Source of the DNA: Takakia lepidozioides
Lineage: Eukaryota; Plantae; Bryophyta
Length of the DNA: 64,000 nucleotides
Assembly: GCA_030704615.1 (NCBI GenBank)
Contig: CM060731.1
Coordinates: forward strand, 3,596,001 to 3,660,000
Direction of reading: 5' to 3'
This document shows positions 11,925 through 22,992 of the stretch, piece after piece. A model generated the notes under the pieces. The model was not told where the DNA came from and ran no database searches. It worked only from the letters and a program-made list of their open reading frames with translations. Made by a program: the position numbers and the translations under genes. Position 1 is the first letter of the stretch; the number at the start of each line of letters is the position of its first letter.

Positions 11925-13780
11925 GGCTGTGACAGGCTGTGACGGGCTGTGATGGGCTGTGGCAAGCTATGACAGGCTGTGATGGGCTGTGACAGACTGT
12001 GACGGGCTGTGATGGGCTGTGGCAAGCTATGACAGGCTGTGATGGGCTATGACAGGCTGTGCCCTGTGCCCTGTGGAGCTGTGACGGGCTGTGATGGGCT
12101 GTGACAGGCTGTGCCCTCTGGCCTGTGGGGCTGTGACGGGCTGTGACAGGCTGTGGCAAGCTGTGATGGGCTGTGATGGGCTGTGACAGGCTGTGCCCTG
12201 TGCCCTGTGGGGCTGTGACGGGCTGTGTCAGGCTGTGACAGGCTGTGCCCAGTGGCCTTTGGGGCTGTGACGGGCTGTGCGGGGCTGTGACAGGCTGTGC
12301 CCTGAGGCCTGTGGGGCTGTGACGGGCTGTGACAGGCTGTGGCGAGCTGTGACAGGCCATGCCTGAGGCCTTTGAGGCTGTGACGGGCTGTGAGGGGCTG
12401 TGACAGGCCGTGCCTGAGGCCTTTGAGGCTGTGACGGGCTGTGAGGGGCTGTGACAGGCCGTGCCCATGGCCTTTGGGGCTGTGACGGGCTGTGAGGGGC
12501 TGTGACAGGCCGTGCCTGGGGCCTTTGGGGCTGTGACGGGCTGTGAGGGGCTGTGACAGGCCGTGCCCATGGCCTTTGGGGCTGTGACGGGCTGTGAGGG
12601 GCTGTGACAGGCCGTGCCCATGGCCTTTGGGGCTGTGACGGGCTGTGAGGGGCTGTGACAGGCCGTGCCTGGGGCCTTTGGGGCTGTGACGGGCTGTGAG
12701 GGGCTGTGACAGGCCGTGCCCATGGCCGTTGGGGCTGTGACGGGCTGTGAGGGGCTGTGCCTGAGGCCTTTGAGGCTGTGAGGGGCTGTGAACAGGCTGT
12801 GCCTGAGGCCTTTGAGGCTGTGACGGGCTGTGATGGGCTGTGGCAAGCTGTGACAGGCTGTGATGGGCTGTGACAGGCTGGGCCCTGTGCCCTGTGAGGC
12901 TGTGACGGGCTGTGAGGAGCTGTGACAGGCCGTGCCCATGGCCTTTGGGGCTGTGACGGGCTGTGAGGGGCTGTGACAGGCCGTGCCTGGGGCCTTTGGG
13001 GCTGTGACGGGCTGTGAGGGGCTGTGACAGGCCGTGCCCATGGCCTTTGGGGCTGTGACGGGCTGTGAGGGGCTGTGACAGGCCGTGCCCATGGCCTTTG
13101 GGGCTGTGACGGGCTGTGAGGGGCTGTGACAGGCCGTGCCTGAGGCCTTTGAGGCTGTGAGGGGCTGTGAGGGGCTGTGACAGGCCACGCCTGAGGCCTT
13201 TGAGGCTGTGACGGGCTGTGATGGGCTGTGGCAAGCTGTGACAGACTGTGATGGGCTGTGATGGGCTGGGCCCTGTGCCCTGTGAGGCTGTGACGGGCTG
13301 TGAGGAGCTGTGATAGGCCGTGCCCATGGCCTTTGGGGCTGTGACGGGCTGTGAGGGACTGTGACAGGCCGTGCCTGAGGCCTTTGGGGCTGTGACGGGC
13401 TGTGAGGGGCTGTGACAGGCCGTGCCCATGGTCTTTGGGGCTGTGACGGGCTGTGACGGGCTGTGACAGGCCGTGCCCATGGCCTTTGGGGCTGTGACGG
13501 GCTGTGAGGGGCTGTGACAGGCCGTGCCTGAGGCCTTTGAGGCTGTGACGGGCTGTGAGGGGCTGTGACAGGCCGTGCCTGAGGCTTTGGGGCTGTGAGG
13601 GGCTGTGAGGGGCTGTGACAGGCCGTGCCCATGGCCTTTGGGGCTGTGAGGGGCTGTGAGGGGCTGTGAGGGGCTGTGACAGGCCGTGCCTGAGGCCTTT
13701 GAGGCTGTGACAGGCTGTGAGGGGCTGCGACAGGCTGTGCCCAGTGGCCTGTGGGACTGTGACGGCTGTGACCAGTGAGC
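11925..13780. repeat. Minisatellite: 10-bp GGCTGTGA(C/G/T)N monomers in a ~51-bp higher-order unit
   Basis: GGCTGTGACG GGCTGTGAGG GGCTGTGACA GGCCGTGCCC ATGGCCTTTG G is repeated over ~1.85 kb, with a strong G/T skew on the + strand. Confidence 0.97.
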
Positions 13781-14508
13781 TGTGTGGGCCTGTGCTGGTC
13801 TGTGGTGGCCCGTGTTGACCTGTGGACGGCCTGTGCTGACTCGTGAGGCACTGGTGGACTGCCTAAGGACTGGCATGTGGTCTGGAAGGCCAAATTTTGA
13901 AGCTCGTGGAGGGCGGTTTGAGGAGTATCTTCATGATATTCCCATGGTCATGCAAGTGAGGGTAGAGAGGAGAGGCAGAGTGTTGGGATGAGAGCATGCT
14001 GGGGTTAGGCATTGCTTTAGCTTCTCTTCCTCGTAGTTTCCACCCTCTCATTAGGCCAAGACCTTTCCGTAGGTGGAGGCAAGAGTCAGTCCGGGTTTGG
14101 GCTGGGGTGTCCTTGCAGGAGCAACACCGTGGAGTTGTTTTTGGTGTGGGGGAGTTGTCGATCTGATTTCTTGTGTTTGGATCCCCTCCATACCTGCATG
14201 CTTGACTGTGCGCCATGCTAGTTTTGTGTGGGCGCTTGTTTTTATAGGTGATTGGTCCGGATTTGATCACCGGCCAGTCCTAGAGCATGCTGTCGATGGT
14301 GAGGCTGGGGTGATGACCAGCCAGACCATCATTGTTTCTCCTGTGGTGAGGTTGGAGGTGATGACCAGCCAACCATAGGAGTGCTTGCGGTGGATGCAGG
14401 TACAGGTGTAGGCTATGTTAGGAACTTAGTATTCCAAACCATAAGCCGCAACAGGTTCTCTACCCGGTTACCTTGTGAAGAGGGGGTTAGGGACATGTTC
14501 ATGACCGG

Positions 14509-17255
14509 TTGAGTGTCAACACGGAGGTGCCACTAGTTGCTGGGGACAGTGCCGGTTCGAGCACTAGCGATACTAGTGGGTACACGAGACGAGGTGTGCG
14601 GTTTAGGCCACCTTCACCTCCTGTGTCTTCTACGGAAGGTTCTGATTCGGATTGTGAATCGGGAGGACTCATACCGGCGGTGCAAGTTGTTTCTTTGCCA
14701 TTGTTGTGGGACACAATGGAGGAGATGTATGGAGCTACCAAGGGGCCACGAAGATACTCTGGGGCGGTGGGCACCATCGAGTTGGATGATTTTATCCAAG
14801 AGTTTGATAGTTGGTGTGATTTGCAGCAAATGCGCAATCCACAACTATTTACGCCTTTCATGGCATGGAAGGGGCTGTTTCAGCACCTTGAGGGGCCGCC
14901 TATGGATGATTACCATGAGTTCAGGCGGGGGCATGAGGTTGAGATCGAGGAGTGGAGGATGTACTGGTCACCCGACTATGTCTCCATCACTAGGGGCACT
15001 AGAGCCACGAGGGCAGTGGCTACACCTGCCGCTGCACCGGCAGCTTCAGCAAGCAGCAGTGGGACTGGTGGTACAGTAGCTACGACGTCCACCCAAGCCA
15101 CTACCGCACCAGCACTAGCACCCGTGCCTGCCTTCAACCCTGTTGTGGAGTTCTTCGAAGAGTTGAGAGGGAACTACCAAGGGGTGAGGACAGAGAAGTT
15201 GCGGAGCTTGCAAGAGTTCCAACGGAAGCCGACCGAGAGCTTGAGGGAAGCTTTCACTCGCATGAGGCGCTTGATAAATGTAACCCAAGGGGTTACGGAA
15301 GCTCAGGCAGTCCAATTCTGGTATGGGATATTGGACAAGGAGCTGAGGAGAAGGGTGCGGGATGCAACTCTCCTACAAGCGGCCCAACCCACCTTAGCAA
15401 ATGTGTTTTTGCTGGCAGAGCGGATAGAGCTCAACATGGTGGAGGAACGAGTGGTCATGGTGGGATTTGCTAAGGAGACACCACGGGGTAGTGGTGCTCC
15501 TAGCCAACCACTACCTCAACGTGCTCAAGGCAACAAGGGGGCTCAGGTGAAGCTCAGGGAAGGGCAGAGAGGACCTCAGATGCAGGGGTCTCTCCCTTCA
15601 TTTGCTGGCCAACAACGGGCGGATGTGGTGTGCTGGACATGTGGAGGACCCCATGTCAAGAAGGATTGTCCAGAGGGAGGCAAAGGGCCGGCACATGCAC
15701 AGCCTGCACAGTTACAGTGTGGGCATTGTGGCAAACACGGGCATGGAGAGGCTCAGTGTTATGGTTTGCATCCTGAGTTGCGCCCAGGCCAGTTCCAAGG
15801 GAACAATGGTGGCCGGGGGCGAGGTGGAGCAGCCCAGAGGGGACGAGGTGGCCAGCCACGAGGCCAAGGGCAAGCTCAACGTGGCCAAGGACGCGGAGGT
15901 CAGGGTGTTGACCAAGGCATGGCCAACCGGCTTCAGCAGCTAGAGCAGAGGCTCGCTGCCATGGCTACAGCTCAGGTGGTACCAAGGCCGGATGGTCCAC
16001 CTCCTGCTCCTGAGGGAGGAGATATGGGAGGCATGGGATTCATGTGTGGAGCAGCACTACCACTAGTGCAGGTGGAGTCTGCTGCAGCCGTGACTCGAGG
16101 AGCAGCACGAGTTCCTGAGCCACGAGGTGCAGAGGTGGAGTTGGATCCACAGCGTGGGGAGGCAAGCCGTCAGGCTAGGCTTCCTCAGTCATTCACATTG
16201 GCGGAGACAGTGTCGACGCCATCCATGGCACCTAGTTCTCGCCCGACTGTTACCGAGGCGGAGGTTACTATGCCATTGGGGAGAGCTACACGGGTAGCAC
16301 CACTACCTAGTATTGCCAAGGCTACGGCAGCTAGTGTGCTGCTAGGAGCGGCCACATCTGTGTGCCAGGCTCCATTGTTCTCGGCTACCATGATTGCGAC
16401 GCCGGGGGTAAGACCAGCTGAGGTGTTCAGGCTGGCAGCTACACTCTGTGAGAGTGGGGAGGTTACTTCATCTTCTGCGGAGATAGTAGGAGGTGTAGTG
16501 CCGGAGGGATCCTCGGATTTGAGGGTTAAGACTGCCACGGCGGCGCCATGGCAAGCTGCAGCTGCCAGGTTGATGGAGCTGCCAGCTAGGCCAGCCATTG
16601 AGCGCGCCATGGTGACACCTGGAGTTGTCATGTTAGACAACCAGGATGTCATTTTCTATTTGAGTGGACCGGCAGGCAAGAGGTACCGGCCACTGCGGGT
16701 CTTGTTGGACTCGGGAGCTCAGCCATTGATGCTGGGCAGAGCTGCTATTGCAGGCTTGGGCCTCACGGAGGCGGATATGGAGCCTTGTCCTTTCCAGATA
16801 CAGACGTCTTTGGGAGGATCGGAGCAGGCTCGGGGCATGACACGGCGTGAATTGGCTATCAGACTACGGCCGGATCACCCTACAGATGGCTCAGTGATGC
16901 GAGCCAAGGCCATTGTGACAGACGCAGTCTCATACAATGTCCTGGTTGGTGGGGCAGTGTTGTACCCCATGGGCTTCACCCTGGATTTTTGGGAGGAATC
17001 AGCTTCCTATAGGCCTGCATGGCAGTCAGGGGAGGGCCGGCGTGTGCAGCTCCCTGTGACGTTCATAGGAGGAGTTGCGGTTGCCCAGCGAGGCAAGATG
17101 CCGACACTAGCAGCATTCACAAAGGCAGTGAGTTGGCCTAGAGAGTTGCTTGAGGGCAATGCTCATTCAGAGGATGTACCACCTCCAGGAGAGCAGGATG
17201 ACATGTATGGTATGGCGGAGTTGCCTACCATGGTTGCTCAGACTCCATTGTGGGG
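14509..17255 (+). CDS. gag: Gag (two Zn knuckles) plus aspartic protease of the Ty3 element
   Basis: FQRKPTESLREAFTRMRRL gag motif, knuckles CWTCGGPHVKKDC and CGHCGKHGHGEAQC, protease VLLDSGAQ. First ATG is at ~14717. The frame shifts at ~17255. Confidence 0.88.
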
Positions 17256-17417
17256 CACGAGCAAGGATTGCAGCGGGATGCTGATCGACGGGTGCAACAA
17301 GCCTGGGTGGAGGCTTTTGTACCGTCAGGAGAGGAGGAGAGTGTGGGGATTGCACCAGGACCACCTCAATTGTCTCCATTGGACACCACACCTATTGTGT
17401 GGCAGTATCCGGATGAA

Positions 17418-17760
17418 GGCATTTGTCTTCTGGACTTGTTTGGCGGGATCAGCACCGGATTGGCTGCTGTGTTACAAGCAGGTGTACGAGTTTGGCGTTA
17501 CCTGTATGTGGAGAGGGATGAGACTGCACGACGCGTTTCACTTTGCCATGTTGCTCAGTTGGTGCAGCGGTACCCTGAGTTGTTGTCGGTGTCTGCAATT
17601 CGTGGATATCAGCAGGCCTTGCCAGCAGACATTTCGTTGCTGGGGGCGCAGGATTTGGAGCGGGTTGGCTCCATTGATCTGGTAGTGGCAGGTTGGCCCT
17701 GCCATGGGCATTCATCAGCCGGGCAAGCAATGGATCTCAATTGCTTGACCTGGATTATCA
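17418..17760 (+). pseudogene. C5 cytosine DNA methyltransferase domain (DNMT3/Dcm-like), internally deleted, within Pol
   Basis: Motif I LLDLFGGI, motif II YVERD, motif III DI and motif IV DLVVAGWPCHGHSSAG, then a motif-X-like GQAMDLNCL. No ENV or RxR motifs. Confidence 0.85.
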
Positions 17761-18065
17761 GCTTGGCTCTGGCTGAGCAACGCAGAGTGCGGAGTACACT
17801 TCCCTCAATGGTCTCTCTGCCTACCGAGACGGTTCAAGCAGTGAGTGGGGGCGAGCATGTGAGGACCACGGGGTGCATGCATCCATGGCACACGTGGGAG
17901 GTGCTCGAGGTTCAGAGGGAGTTGGCAGCCAAGGCGGCTGTGATAGATGAGGTTGGGGATTCTTCTCGGGTTGAGGAGGTCCTCAATGATGAGATGATGG
18001 GGCAGGATGAGGTCTTGTCATTGACTGAGCAGGCAGGGAGTACTGCTCAAGAGGTTGCAGCATAG

Positions 18066-19655
18066 CAACCACGGGACGCGTCCTCTACCTCTAAGCCCAC
18101 TGGACTTAAGGTTGTAGTTACGGAGGACAATTGGGAGCCTGACATTGGACCCATTGTCACCGGAGGAGAGAGACGACGTATACGGCGGTTCCTGAGGGCT
18201 TACAGGAATTGCTTTGCCTTCAGTTTGAAGGACTTGGGAGCACTGAAGGGTCAAGAGATCCGTATTGAGTTGGCCACTGACACGCCAATCTTTCGGAGAC
18301 CCTATAGATACAGTGACATGGAGAGGTCTTTGATTCAGATGAGGACTCAAGATCTCTGGGAGGCAGGTTTGGTGGAGCTCTCTGGTGGAGAGTATGCTTC
18401 AGCCACAGTGATGCCAGCCAAGAAGGATGTCTATGGCAATTGGACGGAGAGACGTATGTGCGGTGATTACCGGCCTGTAAATCGTCAGACCAAGTCCGAT
18501 AAGTATGCCATGCCAACACCAGAGGAGATCTTTGATGCCATCGGGCATGCTAAGGCCTTTAGCACTTTGGATTTACGATCCGGATATCACCAGTTGCCAA
18601 TCAAGGAGGCGGACAAGCAGAAGACGGCATTCTGGGGGATCAATGAGCACGGCAAGGATTGCCTATACCAGTGGCGGTTCTTACCATTTGGGCTTAAGAA
18701 TGCTCCTGCAGAGTTTCAGAGAGTCATGGATAGGATTCTAGCAGGGGTGGACTTTGCTCGGTGCTACATAGATGACATCATCATCTTTAGTGTTACGATA
18801 GAGGAGCATGAGAGACACCTTCAGGTGGTATTGGAGCGCTTGAGAGCGCATGGATTGAAGTTGCATCCGGGGAAGTGCAAGTTTTTCCACAACCAGATTG
18901 AGTATCTGGGTCACATGATATATCCTGGAGGATTGGGGGTACAGCAAACTAAGGTAGAGGCCATTGCACAAATTCCACGCCCCACGGATGTGAGCCGAGT
19001 TCGAGCTTTCATGGGGTTGGCAAACTATTATAGACGGTTTGTCAAGGGATTTAGTACCATTGCAAAGGCTCTAACCAAGCTGACCAAGGTGGACCAGAAG
19101 TGGCAGTGGGAAGATGAGCAGGAACGAGCTTTTCAAGAGCTCAAGGCGAGGTTGACCTCGGCGCCTATCTTGAGACGACCTATCAGGGGGCGTCCTTTTC
19201 AGCTGCATACGGATTGGAGCATGCTGGGGCTTGGAGCGGTGCTCACACAGGTGGATGATGAGGGAAGAGAGTTCGTAGTGGCTTACGCTAGCCGCTCGAA
19301 CAACGCTGCAGAGGCTAAGTACAGCTCATATGAGGGAGAGTGCTTAGCTGCAGTGTGGGCCGTGGCACACTTCAGGTGCTATCTATACGACAATCTTTTC
19401 ACCCTTGTCACGGATCACCAGCCACTCAAGTGGTTGATGGAGTCAGACAAGCTTACGGGGAAGCTTGCACGGTGGGCACTTATACTCCAGGAGTATGACT
19501 TTCAGGTTGTGCATCGACCGGGTTTGGTCAATCGGGATGCGGATGGATTGAGTCGCAATCCATGCATGAGCCAGCAGGATTACACTGGAGCTCGGTGGCA
19601 TGGTGAGACGGACGAGGAGATGGTGCCGGGATGGCACGCATCTGCATTTTGTGTA
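18066..19655 (+). CDS. pol: Reverse transcriptase plus RNase H of the Ty3 element
   Basis: RMCGDYRPVN, LDLRSGYHQ, LPFGLKNAP, YIDD, HTDWS, TDHQPL, DADGLSR. Same frame as the MTase ORF, separated by a single TAG at 18063-18065. Confidence 0.95.
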
Positions 19656-21183
19656 TCTTGGCATGGGGAGGTCAGATTGGACCTACAATAGGGATGACTG
19701 TAGACGGAGTGTCTGAGGACCCTGAGGCTAGTGATGAGCTAGGTGGTGCCAGAGATATACATGAGGATTCGGCTGTGTTGGACTACCTCCGCACGGGAGA
19801 CACGGCAGCCATTGTGACTGCCAGGGAGAGGGATCGGATCCTGCAACGAGCCAAGAGGTTCAAATGGGAGGGGATACACCTACTTCGAGTGTGGGAGAAT
19901 GGTCGGGTGAGGATTGTGCCTCACCCCACACAGCGTGCACGGTTAGTGCGGCATGCCCATGAGGAGTTGGGGCATTTTGGAGTGCGACGCACTCACAGTT
20001 TACTGCAGGGGCAGTATTGGTGGCGTGGTATGCATACAGAGGTGCAACAGTTCGTGGCTAGGTGCATGGTGTGTGACAGGGTGCGTGCTTCATTCAACGC
20101 CCCTACACCACAGTTGCATCCTTTACCAATCATGGGATTGGGCTACAGGTGGAGTCTTGACTTCGCAGGACCGTTGCCACTGACTATGCGCCACCACAAA
20201 TATGTGTTGGTGATGGTGGAGCACTTCTCCAAGTGGATTGAGTTGGTTCCATTGCCTGACAAGGCTAGTGAGGGGGCTGCGTATGCATTCTTGGATTGTG
20301 TGCTTAGCCGATTTGGTGCTCCAGCTGAGGTACTCACGGACCAAGGGAGAGAGTTTTTGGGGGAGTTTCAGGCTTTGTGTGATAAAGCCTTGATAGACCA
20401 CCGCACCACTTCTCGGGATCATCCTGAGGCCGATGGCTTAGCAGAGAGAGTTGTTCAGACGGTGAAGAGGGGTTTGCGCAAGTATGGCTTGCAGAAGGGA
20501 CACCTAGGAGATTGGGATCTTCAGGTTCCTTGGTTAGCCATGGGCTACAGGTTCAGCAAACAAGCATCACTTGTCTCCTTCTCTCTGGCCGGGAGCCGGA
20601 TTTGCCTGCAGCCATTCGTAGGGACACTGCTCAAGTCCTTAACCTTGACGATCCGGACGTGTGGGTACGTGCATGTGATCAGCGTGCAGAGTTGTTCAAG
20701 AAAGTCATGCCCATGGCTTTTGAGAACCTTGCCATTGCACAGCACCGTGATACGTTGAGGTATGCCACTATACGTGGTGGAGGATATTGTCCTGGGGTTC
20801 GGAGGTTTAGCCCTGGTGACTATGTTTATTTGCAGCAGACTGCTCCTACGACTCTGGATGTTACTGCAGGGCATGTTATTCTGAGGGTTCGAGAGGTGTT
20901 GCCCTCAGGGGTCCTGATCTTGGAGGGTCGGGATGGCATGACTTGGAAGGACCATGTGCGTAATTGTGCGCCATGTCACCTTCCCAATGTCGATGGCAGA
21001 GTTGACCCAAACTTGGCAGTGGTACCTGCAGGTTTGAGGTGCATGCTTTGTGGGTCTGCCAAAGGGGCAGCCACCATGCTGGTGTGTGATCGATGCTCAA
21101 GGGGTTGGCATATGGGATGCTTGACACCACCTCTTGAGAAGGTTCCTGACGGAGATTGGTTGTGTCCACACTGCTTGGGATAG
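19655..21183 (+). CDS. Integrase with C-terminal PHD finger (frameshift/deletion at ~20585)
   Basis: HHCC (HEELGHFG..CMVC) and D,D,E (LDFAG, TDQG, GLAE), then CMLC..CDRC..HMGC..CPHC*. Confidence 0.92.
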
Positions 21184-22992
21184 TGGCAGTGGACATGACT
21201 GGAGGCAGCTAACAAGACATGGGAGGCCAAGCTCATAGGAGTCAATACATGAGATCCCAAGCTCAAGTTCACAGGTTGCAAGACGGCGACTAATGATGGG
21301 GCAACTCTTGCACCCGGCCTCTTGATCTATCGAGTTTGAGTGTAGTAGGGATAATGGTGGAGGACTTAGTGAGGCTATGGTCACTATCACATCTTGTGGC
21401 TACCTGGACTTAGAGGGACCTAAGCACCAGCTAGGGGGGCGATTGTGTGGACTAGTGACTGCCATAGTGGGCAGCATAATGGCAGCCTAGTGACTGACTA
21501 GTTGTAGCCTAGTGGTTGGACTAGTGGCTGGACTAGTGGTGAACTAGTAGTATACTAGTGTGTGGTGTGCACATGTGTTGTGTGGTTTTGGACAGCGATG
21601 TAGTTGTGTAGCGATATGTATGCGCACGACAGTTTTTTCTTTTTTTTTTTCTTTTTTTTAAGGGAACAGGGATAGTAGCCCTGGAACTTAGCTTGATAAG
21701 CAAAAAATTACTTTACATATGCCATTAAGACTAAGAAACGAGGTTCCACTCCGAGCTAGCAGAAGAAGGGAGAAAAACAAGAGAACTAAACTAGGAAGGG
21801 AACAAGGATAAAGAGATAAGAGCAAGCAGAGCTGCAGCTAGTGACAGATTGCTACAGAATGCTACAGATTGCAATAGAATGCACAGATGCTACAAGGCTG
21901 CCTCTTTTATTCTTAGGAGCCTCAAATGAAAGCTGAGCCTTAGATTTACCCTTTCTGAAATTGCGTCTATGACGCCAATTTATTTCAGTCTCAACTGCAT
22001 CATGAGGGGAGCGTCTAACACTAATGGAGCTACCAGTAGGAAGGGATGGAATCTTTCCACACAGCTCGTGACTCAGAAATTCTCCTACTGAAGACATTGC
22101 CTTTTCCCAGGAATTGTCGAAGGCTGCAAGCAACAGGGTTCTCCTTGAATTTTTGCACTTGGGAAGAGCTACCACAGTAACGAGCCATGATTTGCAAGCT
22201 CAGACACTAGGTCTAAGTGAGCCAAGTACTGCAATTTCTGTAAACAAGGATTTTAAAAGACAACAGCACTCCTCGGCATGTTCCATATATGCCATAGGAT
22301 AATTCCTCTTATTCCAGAGGGAATAGAGAGCAAAAGCTTTCCTCCAAACAACCACTGCAAAAAAGGAACAGCACCAAACAATGTTCCAAATCTTTTGAAC
22401 ATTGTAAGTTGCAGGAAATGCAAGTAAAGGGAGCATCAAAGGAAGTATTCAAAAAGAAAGCTCGCACAGGAACAATTATGTTAGCCACTCTCCATAGAAA
22501 GGTTGCGATCTTGGTAGATCTATGGTTTTTCCAAATGTCTGCCCACATCACTTTCCACGGGTACTACATGTGCTCATTTGCTGATCCATTTGCATTCGAA
22601 GCTGCGTTTAAGCATAAAGATAGAGTAACCCAATCTGACTGAGTACCTAAAGAAGTGGTCATGCTCCTTATTCATCCAAAACCATTCGCCAAGATCCGAT
22701 CTGTAGCAATATCAAAGGAGCGGATAAAAACCAGATGAAGGATCTATTGTAGTGATGTAACTCCTCGGGAGGCACTGGAATCACTTTACCAGTAATTGAA
22801 CAGATCACTCGTATCTGGTAGCACTTAGCACAGGCAGGAAGCATCAAAAACTTTGGAGCTGATAAGATACCATCATTTTGCACCTTGAAGCATGTACCTT
22901 TAGATGATTGTTATCATTGGAGGTCAAAATACCCTCAGATCAACATTATTGGAGAAACTCAGCCATACTGGGGTTTAACGAGGTGAGGCTAA

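Larger units (their letters stand above)
14454..21631 (+). mobile_element. Ty3/gypsy retrotransposon with domain order Gag-PR-C5 DNA methyltransferase-RT-RNaseH-IN-PHD; decayed
   Basis: Complete Ty3 domain order. PPT-like AGGGGGG at ~21433 is followed by a TG..CA segment (21444-21631). Three frameshifts and one in-frame stop. The upstream 10.1-14.45 kb region may be its LTR or leader. Confidence 0.93.

Noticed and set aside
11863-13893. 676-aa and 609-aa minus-strand ORFs with 17-aa repeats
   Set aside because: They are by-products of the 51-bp minisatellite, whose reverse strand lacks stops. The repeat peptide switches between frames.
17240-17270. Programmed ribosomal frameshift between protease and MTase
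   Set aside because: No slippery heptamer is visible and the element has other disabling mutations, so an indel is the simpler explanation.
17255-17685. C-terminal ~140 aa of the 1058-aa ORF as real protein
   Set aside because: It is out-of-frame run-on after a frameshift; the MTase motifs are in the other frame.
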